In this document: in pieces, positions 1-7,401 of the stretch
Layout: every line of letters begins with the position of its first letter
Position numbering within the stretch: the stretch's first letter is position 1
From: an uncultured delta proteobacterium
Lineage (GTDB): Bacteria; Desulfobacterota; Desulfobaccia; Desulfobaccales; 0-14-0-80-60-11
Assembly: GCA_963812015.1 (NCBI GenBank)
Contig: CAWETI010000003.1
Span: 160,001 to 224,000 of the forward strand
Length of the DNA stretch: 64,000 nt
Reading direction: 5' to 3'
Notes under the pieces: generated by a model
Told to the model about the DNA's origin: nothing
What the model saw: the letters and a program-made list of their open reading frames with translations, nothing else
The model's database searches: none
Position numbers and translations under genes: made by a program

Positions 1-830
1 ATGAGGGCCTTGACTTGGTCCGCGGTGGCGTGTCCGTGGTTGAGGATGAAGTTGGCATGTTTCCGGGAGACCACCGCGTCCCCCAGGCGGTATCCCTTAA
101 AGCCGGCCGCCTCGATGAGCCACCCCGCGGCCGGCCCCCCGGGCGGGTTTTTGAAGATGCTGCCGCAGCTCCGGGGGTTAGCGGGCTGCCGGGCCCGGCG
201 TTTGGCCATGAGCTCCCCCATGCGGGCCTGGATGGCCTCGGGGCCGGCGGGGTCCGCCAGCTTGAACTCCGCCTCCACCACCAGCCAGTGGGGGAAGTTG
301 AGGAGGAGCGAGGTGCGGTAGCCCAGGCCCAGTTCGTCAGGCCGGAATGCTAAAAGCTGGAGCCGGGGAGTGGCCACCCAGACCCGGCTCAGCACGTCGG
401 CCAGGCTCTGGCCCTCGGCCCCGGCGTTGAGGCGCACCGCCGCGCCCACGGTGCCGGGGATGCCGGCCAGAAACTCGAACCCCGAAAAACCCAGCCGGGC
501 CGCGGTCTGGGCCAACCGGGGCAGAGGCACGCCGGCCCCGGCCCGCAAGGTGTCGCCATGACGCTCCAGCCCCTGCAAGCTTTTCGCCAGATGGAGCGTG
601 AGCCCCGGCAGCCCGGCGTCGTCGATGAGCACGTTGGAGCCCCGCCCCAGGAAGAACAGCGGCCAGCCGCGGTCATAGGCCAGGGCCATGAGGCGCCAGA
701 CGTCTTCCAAGTCCGCCGGAACCGCCAGCCGCGCCGCCACCCCGCCGATCCTCCAGGTGGTCAGGGGAGCCAGGGGGTGGTTTTCTAAGACGAACTGGCT
801 GATATTTTTAGGAATAATTTTGCTGGGCAT
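1..830 (-). CDS. murB: UDP-N-acetylenolpyruvoylglucosamine reductase (3' end runs off the window)
   Basis: Not in the ORF track because it has no stop in the window. Manual translation from ATG at 830: MPSKII...PLTTWRIGG...FFLGRGSNVLIDD...RSCGSIFKNP...AGWLIEAAG.KG...SRKHANFILN, all canonical MurB motifs. Confidence 0.93.
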   Translation of the reverse strand, partial: MPSKIIPKNISQFVLENHPLAPLTTWRIGGVAARLAVPADLEDVWRLMALAYDRGWPLFFLGRGSNVLIDDAGLPGLTLHLAKSLQGLERHGDTLRAGAGVPLPRLAQTAARLGFSGFEFLAGIPGTVGAAVRLNAGAEGQSLADVLSRVWVATPRLQLLAFRPDELGLGYRTSLLLNFPHWLVVEAEFKLADPAGPEAIQARMGELMAKRRARQPANPRSCGSIFKNPPGGPAAGWLIEAAGFKGYRLGDAVVSRKHANFILNHGHATADQVKAL

Positions 831-845
831 GGGATCGCCATAAAT

Positions 846-876
846 AAAAAATGGCCGCATAGCTCTAACGGCCATT
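846..876 (-). terminator. Putative intrinsic terminator of the TAC operon
   Basis: AATGGCCG/CGGCCATT stem (850-857, 869-876), followed on the - strand by a T-run (A-run 846-851 on +), about 30 bp past the SecB-like stop. Confidence 0.55.
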
Positions 877-904
877 CTATCAATTTGCCGGTGATGAGGA
901 ATAG

Positions 905-1543
905 TTACGCACTGAGCTTCTTTCCCCGCGTGGACTCCTTTTTGGTGACATTAGTCTTCGCTTTCTTCTCCGGTTTTTCCCCCGGCACGATTTCCAGGGT
1001 GGGCACCGTCAAGGCGGGAAAACCCATGCGTGCGGACATGCTCTGAACGAATTCCCGCCAATACGGCCAGGCAGCGGAAATGGGGTTAACCGCATAAACA
1101 AGTCTATTGAACGTGGCGCAATCATCCAAATGATGCGGTTCTTCATCTTTTTCTATAGAATCAAAATCCTCTAAAACCATAGCATAATAATCTTTAACAT
1201 CAGGATCGTCTAAGTCAAAATTGAAAGAAGTTATGAAGCTCGCTTCAATTTTCATAACGGGTTTATTTGGCAATTTATCATTAAATGCAGTAACCCGAAA
1301 TTTACAAAGGATGAAGTGTAAGTCGAGCCGGTCCCCATATTCTTCTGGAGCAAGGATTTCCCTAGTGAATTTATGTTCTAAGGCAAGAGTCTCGGGGGAA
1401 ATAACAAACGGATCACGCCAGGTTCTGGCATCTACCAGGTAGATTTCTTCGAGAACAGCCTTTTGCGCCGCTCTTATAGCTTTATTGTGAGGGTCAAATA
1501 TTCCTGCATATAAAGTGGCACGCTTTTCCATAAAGAACCTCAT
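905..1543 (-). CDS. SecB-like chaperone (TAC chaperone)
   Basis: C-terminal NPISAAWPYWREFVQSMSARMGFPALTVP matches the SecB signature (P.xxPYxRExxxxxxxRxGFPxLxLP). Third gene of a TA operon; its ATG overlaps the antitoxin TAA (TAATG at 1541-1545). Confidence 0.85.
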   Translation of the reverse strand: MRFFMEKRATLYAGIFDPHNKAIRAAQKAVLEEIYLVDARTWRDPFVISPETLALEHKFTREILAPEEYGDRLDLHFILCKFRVTAFNDKLPNKPVMKIEASFITSFNFDLDDPDVKDYYAMVLEDFDSIEKDEEPHHLDDCATFNRLVYAVNPISAAWPYWREFVQSMSARMGFPALTVPTLEIVPGEKPEKKAKTNVTKKESTRGKKLSA

Positions 1544-1950
1544 TAGCCCGTAATGGCTTTTTTGAATTCTGGATAGTTGTCAGCCAATTTGATTTTTAAT
1601 TTTCTCCATGTGCAGGTGGGCCTTTTGGGCATAGTATATCTATCCTGAAATGTTGGGAATTCAATAATGTTGCTTTTTTGTTTTAGCTTTTGAGGAGTAA
1701 GAGAAACCTTATATCCCAACACATGCAGAATATCAGCCACGGTACGCAAGGTAAGATTCCGGCCGCCATTCAGCAATTGGGAGATAAACCCTTTGGTTTT
1801 ACCCAGACGGTCGGCCAGTCCTTTCCGGGAAACCTTCTCATTCTCCAAAAGGTCGCAAATGGTTTCAGTAACTTCCAAAATAAGTTCTTCTTGCGCGAGT
1901 AACTTTCGGAATTCAGGATCATTCATATCATCTATGACTGAATTAGCCAT
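1543..1950 (-). CDS. XRE/HigA-type HTH antitoxin with C-terminal extension (putative chaperone-addiction tail)
   Basis: HTH segment VSRKGLADRLGKTKGFISQLLNGGRNLTLRTVADILHVLG plus a ~45-aa tail. ATG at 1950 has AAGGGG 7 nt upstream; the ORF track uses TTG at 1956. Confidence 0.85.
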   Translation of the reverse strand: MANSVIDDMNDPEFRKLLAQEELILEVTETICDLLENEKVSRKGLADRLGKTKGFISQLLNGGRNLTLRTVADILHVLGYKVSLTPQKLKQKSNIIEFPTFQDRYTMPKRPTCTWRKLKIKLADNYPEFKKAITG

Positions 1951-1961
1951 TTTCAAACCCC

Positions 1962-2372
1962 TTATTTATATAGGTTTACGTTATTGTAAATCTCACGATA
2001 AGATAACATCCGATCTTCTTCTTCAGGTCGCAACTTATCAGTTTGTTTTTTAAAACCATGCGTTATGATGATTCGATCATTTCCTTCGTTAAAAAAATAA
2101 AGCCGATGTTGATGTGCCTTGATCACCCAAAAATCCCTTACCCTGCCTTTTAATCGATGGAGTTGCTCATCCTTAACCTTCCCTTTTTCAGCGTATCTTC
2201 TGATTAAGGCAGCAAGTTTAACCTTTTGATCTTTGGTAACTTCTTTAGGATCATTAAGGAAATCATCTTCAACCGGGCATTTTCCCTTGGGATTCACGAA
2301 ATAAAGGATATCTACCTCCCAACGGTCGATATCTTTTAAAAACGGCGACCTTTTACTTCTCGGTTTTGGCAT
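1962..2372 (-). CDS. RelE/HigB (Gp49-like) family toxin
   Basis: YFVNPKGKCPVEDDFL...LHRLKG...FWVIK...HRLYFF...IIITHGFKKQTDK pattern typical of HigB/Gp49-like RelE toxins; toxin-first gene order. Confidence 0.85.
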   Translation of the reverse strand: MPKPRSKRSPFLKDIDRWEVDILYFVNPKGKCPVEDDFLNDPKEVTKDQKVKLAALIRRYAEKGKVKDEQLHRLKGRVRDFWVIKAHQHRLYFFNEGNDRIIITHGFKKQTDKLRPEEEDRMLSYREIYNNVNLYK

Positions 2373-2431
2373 GTACGCAAGTTAGCCAAATAGCCGCCTC
2401 TTGGCAAGGGGAAAAGCCTCTCCTATTGGTA

Positions 2432-2469
2432 AGTTTACTTATATATAAACTATATTAAACCAAAATCAA
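2432..2469 (-). promoter_or_regulatory. Putative TAC operon promoter with overlapping inverted-repeat operator
   Basis: On the - strand, TTGATT (2464-2469) and an AT-rich -10 (about 2441-2446); AGTTTA-N8-TAAACT inverted repeat (2432-2451) overlaps the -10 region. Confidence 0.5.
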
Positions 2470-2545
2470 GCGCAAAAACTAAAATTGGCAAAAAATATTA
2501 GGGAAGATGCCCGCGCTTATGGGGATTGGTCCCCCTTCTCCCGCC

Positions 2546-2574
2546 TTGACAATTCCGGGTAAAACGGGTAGCTT
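2546..2574 (+). promoter_or_regulatory. sigma70-type promoter of the transglycosylase gene
   Basis: TTGACA-17 nt-TAGCTT, 25 bp upstream of ATG 2600. Confidence 0.6.
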
Positions 2575-2599
2575 AACTCCTTAGATTAAGGGGGAGAAT

Positions 2600-3430
2600 A
2601 TGGCGGGGAGCCGGTTTTGGTCAGTGGTGGCGGGCATCCTCCTGGGGGTGCTGGTGATGGCCCCGGGGGTGAGCGCCGAGCCCCAGCCCGTGGCCTATGT
2701 GGGGCTGAAATACAGCCTGGTGCGCCAGGGCCTGAATAAGGATTACGTCGCCAAAACCTTCGCCGACCCCCGGAACCAATTCCTCCCGGACGTGGTCAAG
2801 AAGATCGCCTACCTGGGCAAGGAATCCCCGGATATCTACAAAAAATTCCTGACCCCGGAGACCGCGGCCCGGGGCCGGGCCTACATGGAGACGCACTGGG
2901 AGGCCCTGAGCCGCGCCGAAGCCCGCTATGGCGTGGCCCCGGAGGTCATCGTGGCCATCCTCACCGTGGAGTCAGGCCTGGGCAGCAACACCGGCAAATA
3001 TCCCGTCTTCAACGTCTTTGCCTCCCTGGCCGTGATGGATTCCCCGGAGGTCATCAGGGAAGTGGGGTTGAGCGCCTCGCCCGACCGTCTGAAAAAGAAG
3101 GCGGCCTGGGCCCGGCGGGAGTTGGGCATTTTCCTGGAATACTGCGCCGCCCACCATCAGGACCCCTTTTCCCTGTCCGGCTCCTGGGCCGGGGCCATGG
3201 GGTACTGCCAGTTTCTCCCCTCCAGCCTGCAGCGTTGCGGGGTGGCGGCGAACGGCAAAGGCCCGGTGGACCTGTTCACCCACGACGACGCCATCTTCAG
3301 CATCGCCTGCTATCTCAGCAAGAGCGGCTTTTCCTGTCAAAACCGCGCCTCCTGGCGGCGCGCCGTTCATAGCTACAATCATTCCGATGCCTACGTGGAC
3401 ACGGTGCTGACCCTGGCCAGCTGGTATTGA
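2600..3430 (+). CDS. Lytic murein transglycosylase, MltB/SLT_2 family
   Basis: Signal peptide; YGVAPEVIVAILTVES (catalytic Glu), GSWAGAMGYCQFLPSS and YNHSDAYV motifs. Confidence 0.9.
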   Translation: MAGSRFWSVVAGILLGVLVMAPGVSAEPQPVAYVGLKYSLVRQGLNKDYVAKTFADPRNQFLPDVVKKIAYLGKESPDIYKKFLTPETAARGRAYMETHWEALSRAEARYGVAPEVIVAILTVESGLGSNTGKYPVFNVFASLAVMDSPEVIREVGLSASPDRLKKKAAWARRELGIFLEYCAAHHQDPFSLSGSWAGAMGYCQFLPSSLQRCGVAANGKGPVDLFTHDDAIFSIACYLSKSGFSCQNRASWRRAVHSYNHSDAYVDTVLTLASWY

Positions 3431-3437
3431 AGCAATC

Positions 3438-3570
3438 GTAAGCGTTCAGCGGTCAGCGGTCAGCTTTTTGAATTAAAATAATTAGTTGTATTAGCACAGC
3501 AATTCAAGCGTTAGCGACCCGATTTGGATAAGTCCTTGTTTTTGCTGATAGCTGACTGCTGAACGCTTAC
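3438..3570. mobile_element. 133-bp MITE-like element with 27-bp terminal inverted repeats
   Basis: GTAAGCGTTCAGCGGTCAGCGGTCAGC (3438-3464) matches the reverse complement of 3544-3570 at 24/27 positions. AT-rich core. Flanks AAGCAATC (3430-3437) and AAGCACTC (3571-3578). Confidence 0.65.
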
Positions 3571-3581
3571 AAGCACTCCTT

Positions 3582-5300
3582 ATGGATAAGAAAGAGGTGG
3601 CGGCCGTCCTGGAGGAAATCGCCCTTCTCCTGGACCTGGCCGGGGAAAACCCTTTCAAGGTGAGGGCCTATGAAACCGGGGCCCGGGCGGTGCTCACCAT
3701 CCCGGGGGACCTGGACGCCGCCCGGCGCGACGGACGACTGGCCGGGGTCAAGGGCATCGGCAAATCCCTGGCCGGGGTCATTGAAGAACTGCTCACCCGG
3801 GGAGAGGCGGCCCTGCACCGGGAGCTCCAGAACAAGATTCCGCCGGGGCTCCTGGAACTGCTCCGGGTGCCGGGCCTGGGCCCCAAAAAGGCCCGGGTGC
3901 TCTTTCACGAATTAAACATCACCAGCCTCGGCGAACTGGAATATGCCTGCCGGGAAAACCGGCTGATCGCGCTCCCGGGCTTCGGGGCCAAATCCCAGGA
4001 GAAGATCAAGGCCGGCCTGGCCAATCTTTCGCGCTATGCCGGGCTTTTCCGCCTGGGCGACCTCTTGCCCCTGGCCGAATCCTTAACGGCACAGTGGCAG
4101 ACCCTGCCCGGCCTGCTCCGGCTGGAGGTGGCCGGTCCGGTGCGCCGCCGCCTGGAAGTGGCCGGCGCCATTGACCTGGCGGCCGTTACCCACCACCCCC
4201 ACCAGGTGCAGGCGGGCCTTAATAAGATTCTGGGTGCGGAGTTGGTGGAACGGGGCCCCGGCCAGGTGGAAGCCACCCTGGCCCAGGGCGTGCCGCTGAG
4301 GCTGACCCTGGCCGCCCCCGAGGCGTTTGGGGCCGCCTGGCTCGCCGCCACGGGCAATGCCGACCACTTCCAGGCCTTGCAGGCCCTGGCCCGGGAGCGT
4401 CACCTGGAGCTGACCCCCCAGGGATTGTGGGCCGACGGCGTCCTCCAGCCCTGCCGGGAAGAGGCCGAGATTTACGGGCGCCTGGGACTGCCCCTGATCC
4501 CCCCGGAGTTGCGAGAGGGCCTGGGGGAAATCGAGGCCGGCAAGCAAAACCATTTGCCCCGCCTCATCACCCCCCAGGAGATCCGGGGCTGCTTCCACGT
4601 CCACTCTTTCTACAGCGACGGGGTCAATTCCCTGGAGGAGCTGATCATTGCCGCCAAACAAAGGGGCTGGAGCTACCTGGGGATCTCGGACCACAGCCAG
4701 TCGGCCTATTACGCCGGCGGCCTGAAACCGCCGGACCTGGAGCGGCAAAAAGAGGAGGTCGCCGCCTGCCGCCGGGAACATCCGGATTTTACCCTGTTCT
4801 GGGGCGTGGAATCCGACATCCTGAGCGACGGCTCCCTGGATTACCCCGATGACATCCTGCAAGGCTTCGATTTTGTCATCGCCTCCATCCACTCCCAGTT
4901 CAGCCTCAAGCGGGAGGCCATGACCACGCGCCTCCTCACGGCCCTGGCCCACCCCTGCTGCACCATGCTGGGACACGTGAGCGGCCGCCTGCTTCTGGCC
5001 CGGGAACCCTATGCCTATGACCCGGAGGCTATCTTGGCATTCGCCGGGGCCCACCAGGTGATCCTGGAAATCAACGCCAGCCCCTACCGCCTGGACCTGG
5101 ACTGGCGGTGGCTGCGCCGGGCCAAAGAACTGGGGATTTTAATCAGTATCAACCCCGACGCCCATAGCCTGGAAGGCCTGGATGACGTAAACTATGGGGT
5201 GATGGCCGCCCGGAAAGGCTGGCTGGCCCTGGAGGACGTACTCAATACCTACCCCCCGGCGGAGGTGGCCCAAATCCTCCACCGCCGCCGGGCGGGGTAG
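3582..5300 (+). CDS. polX: DNA polymerase X family / PHP-domain protein (non-canonical polymerase active site)
   Basis: GENPFKVRAY, HhH motifs (GIGKS, GLGPKK, GFGAKS), ATGNADH, IPPELREG. PHP motifs HVHSFYSDG, SDHS, GVESDI, NPDAH. Confidence 0.93.
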   Translation: MDKKEVAAVLEEIALLLDLAGENPFKVRAYETGARAVLTIPGDLDAARRDGRLAGVKGIGKSLAGVIEELLTRGEAALHRELQNKIPPGLLELLRVPGLGPKKARVLFHELNITSLGELEYACRENRLIALPGFGAKSQEKIKAGLANLSRYAGLFRLGDLLPLAESLTAQWQTLPGLLRLEVAGPVRRRLEVAGAIDLAAVTHHPHQVQAGLNKILGAELVERGPGQVEATLAQGVPLRLTLAAPEAFGAAWLAATGNADHFQALQALARERHLELTPQGLWADGVLQPCREEAEIYGRLGLPLIPPELREGLGEIEAGKQNHLPRLITPQEIRGCFHVHSFYSDGVNSLEELIIAAKQRGWSYLGISDHSQSAYYAGGLKPPDLERQKEEVAACRREHPDFTLFWGVESDILSDGSLDYPDDILQGFDFVIASIHSQFSLKREAMTTRLLTALAHPCCTMLGHVSGRLLLAREPYAYDPEAILAFAGAHQVILEINASPYRLDLDWRWLRRAKELGILISINPDAHSLEGLDDVNYGVMAARKGWLALEDVLNTYPPAEVAQILHRRRAG

Positions 5301-5304
5301 AGTG

Positions 5305-5452
5305 CCTGGGGAAGGGGGCCAGGGGCGAAAGCCCTTGCACTTACAAAAAACTCCCCCAGACCCCCACCCCCAATCCCTTACAAGGGGGTTGAAATTGGGG
5401 TTTGAGGGCAGGGCGGGGGACTCTTACGAAAAACTTCCCCCGGCCCTCCTCT
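5305..5452. repeat. G/C-run-rich intergenic palindromic repeat (two related units)
   Basis: Two units of GGG..GG(C)..GGGG...CTTAC(A/G)AAAAACT..CCCCC..CCC between polX and purE. Confidence 0.35.
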
Positions 5453-5478
5453 GAAAATCACCGAATAGAGGCAGCCAT

Positions 5479-5994
5479 ATGACCACATCAGCAGACGTTG
5501 GCATCGTGTTGGGCAGCGCCTCGGATTGGCCCCAGGTGGAGGCCGCCGCGGTAATGCTCAAGGAGTGGGGAATTGCCTTTGAGGTGGTGGTGGCTTCGGC
5601 CCACCGCGCCCCCAGCAAGGTCCAGGCCTATGCCCGGGACGCCGCCAACCGGGGGATCAAGGTCATCATCGCTGTGGCCGGGATGGCGGCCCACCTGGCG
5701 GGGGTCCTGGCTGCGGAGACCACCTTGCCGGTGATCGGCGTGCCCATGTCCGGCTCCCATCTGAATGGCCTGGACAGTTTGTTGTCCACGGTGCAGATGC
5801 CCGCCGGAGTGCCGGTGGCCACCATGGCCGTAGGCGCGGCCGGGGCCAAAAACGCCGCCATCTTTGCCGCCCAGATCCTGGCACTCGGCGACCCGAGGCT
5901 CAAGGAACGGCTTAAACGGCATAAGGAAGAATTGGAGCAGCAAGTGGCCCGGCAGGCGGACCAGATCCCGGCCGAGTATCGCCGTGGCGAATGA
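5479..5994 (+). CDS. purE: N5-carboxyaminoimidazole ribonucleotide mutase
   Basis: GSASD, VASAHRAP, AGMAAHLAG, LPVIGVP, SLLSTVQMPAGVPVAT motifs. Confidence 0.97.
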   Translation: MTTSADVGIVLGSASDWPQVEAAAVMLKEWGIAFEVVVASAHRAPSKVQAYARDAANRGIKVIIAVAGMAAHLAGVLAAETTLPVIGVPMSGSHLNGLDSLLSTVQMPAGVPVATMAVGAAGAKNAAIFAAQILALGDPRLKERLKRHKEELEQQVARQADQIPAEYRRGE

Positions 5995-6009
5995 TCGACG
6001 AGGAAGGGT

Positions 6010-7140
6010 GTGGCCATGATGATCACCACCATGGTAGACCTGGCCGTTGACCTGGCGGCCCTGGAGCACAATTATCGCCAACTGCGCGGTCTCTGTGATC
6101 CCCAGGTAAAAATGCTGGCGGTCATTAAAGCCGATGCCTATGGGCACGGCCTGCTCCCTGCGGCCCGGAAGCTGGCCGCCGCCGGCGCGGATTATTTGGG
6201 GGTGGGTTCCCTGGAAGAAGGGCTGATGCTGCGGCGGGCCGACCTCACCCTCCCGGTGCTGCTGCTCCTGGGCATCCTGCCGGAGGAAGCCGACCGGGCG
6301 GTGGGAGCCGACCTGGAGGTGGCCCTGTTCCGCCTGGATGTGGCCCAGGCCCTGGCGGCCGCGGCCGGCAATCAGGGCCGAAAGGCCAAGGTGCATCTCA
6401 AGGTGGATACCGGCATGGGCCGCCTGGGAGTGTTGCCCCAGGAGGTCTTGCCGTTCCTGGCGAGCTTAAAAAAAATGGGCCACCTCAAGGTCATGGGCCT
6501 GATCTCCCACCTGGCGGTGGCGGACCAGGAGGACAAGACTTATACTCATAAGCAGCTCCAGGAATTTACCGCGCTGGTGGCCGCGGCCCGGGCAGAGGGC
6601 TGGAAGGTGTCTCTGAGCCATATTGCCAACAGCGCCGCCCTCTGGGAGTTGCCGGAGGCTCATGGGGGGATGGTGCGGCCGGGTCTCATGCTCTACGGTT
6701 CGCCCCCGTCCCCGGATCGGCCGCCGCCGGTGGACCTCAAACCGGTGATGTCCCTGGCGGCCCGGATTCTCCAGGTGAAGCGCCTGCCCCCGGGGACCAG
6801 CATCAGCTACGGCTGCACCTACACCACCCCCGACTGGTGCGACCTGGCGGTGCTGCCCGTGGGTTACTGCAACGGCTACAGCCGTCTCAACTCCAACCGG
6901 GGCGAGGTCCTCATCCATGGCCGCCGGGCCCCCATCCGGGGCCGGGTCTGCATGAACCTCACCATGGTGGAGGTCACCGGCATCCCGGAGGTCAAGGCGG
7001 GGGACCTGGCCGTGCTCCTGGGCCGGGATCAGGACCACTACCTGAGCGCCGAGGAGTTGGCCGGTTGGGCCCAGACCATCAGTTATGAAATTTACTGCGC
7101 CCTGGGGACCGCCAACCTCAAGCGCTATACCGGAGGTTGA
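6010..7140 (+). CDS. alr: Alanine racemase
   Basis: AVIKADAYGHG (PLP Lys), KVDTGMGRLG, HIANSA, VRPGLMLYG, GRVCM, TISYEI. Confidence 0.96.
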   Translation: MAMMITTMVDLAVDLAALEHNYRQLRGLCDPQVKMLAVIKADAYGHGLLPAARKLAAAGADYLGVGSLEEGLMLRRADLTLPVLLLLGILPEEADRAVGADLEVALFRLDVAQALAAAAGNQGRKAKVHLKVDTGMGRLGVLPQEVLPFLASLKKMGHLKVMGLISHLAVADQEDKTYTHKQLQEFTALVAAARAEGWKVSLSHIANSAALWELPEAHGGMVRPGLMLYGSPPSPDRPPPVDLKPVMSLAARILQVKRLPPGTSISYGCTYTTPDWCDLAVLPVGYCNGYSRLNSNRGEVLIHGRRAPIRGRVCMNLTMVEVTGIPEVKAGDLAVLLGRDQDHYLSAEELAGWAQTISYEIYCALGTANLKRYTGG

Positions 7141-7141
7141 T

Positions 7142-7312
7142 ATGGACCGCAAACCCGATACCCAGGAAGCCAGCATCTGCGTGGTCTGCGCCTGGCGGGA
7201 AACCTGTGTCAAGAAATTTTCCTTCACCGGCCAGCACTGCCTGGAGTACACCCGGGACCTGACCCTGAAGCCCAGGCCGGAGGGGGAAGCGCCGTCGAAA
7301 GAAGAGAAATAA
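7142..7312 (+). CDS. Small Cys-rich protein (56 aa), putative metal-binding
   Basis: ATG 1 nt after the alr stop, with GGAGG RBS. MDRKPDTQEASICVVCAWRETCVKKFSFTGQHCLEYTRD has four Cys. Confidence 0.7.
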   Translation: MDRKPDTQEASICVVCAWRETCVKKFSFTGQHCLEYTRDLTLKPRPEGEAPSKEEK

Positions 7313-7401
7313 GGGGTCAGCTATTTTAACTTTCACCTCTATACTAGTGAATGCAAGGCATGTAACGTATTGTGCATATAATGAACTTAAGAGGTGACAA
7401 G

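Noticed and set aside
1..788. Short + and - strand ORFs listed in the ORF track
   Set aside because: Shadows of murB, which occupies the - strand and runs off the window edge.
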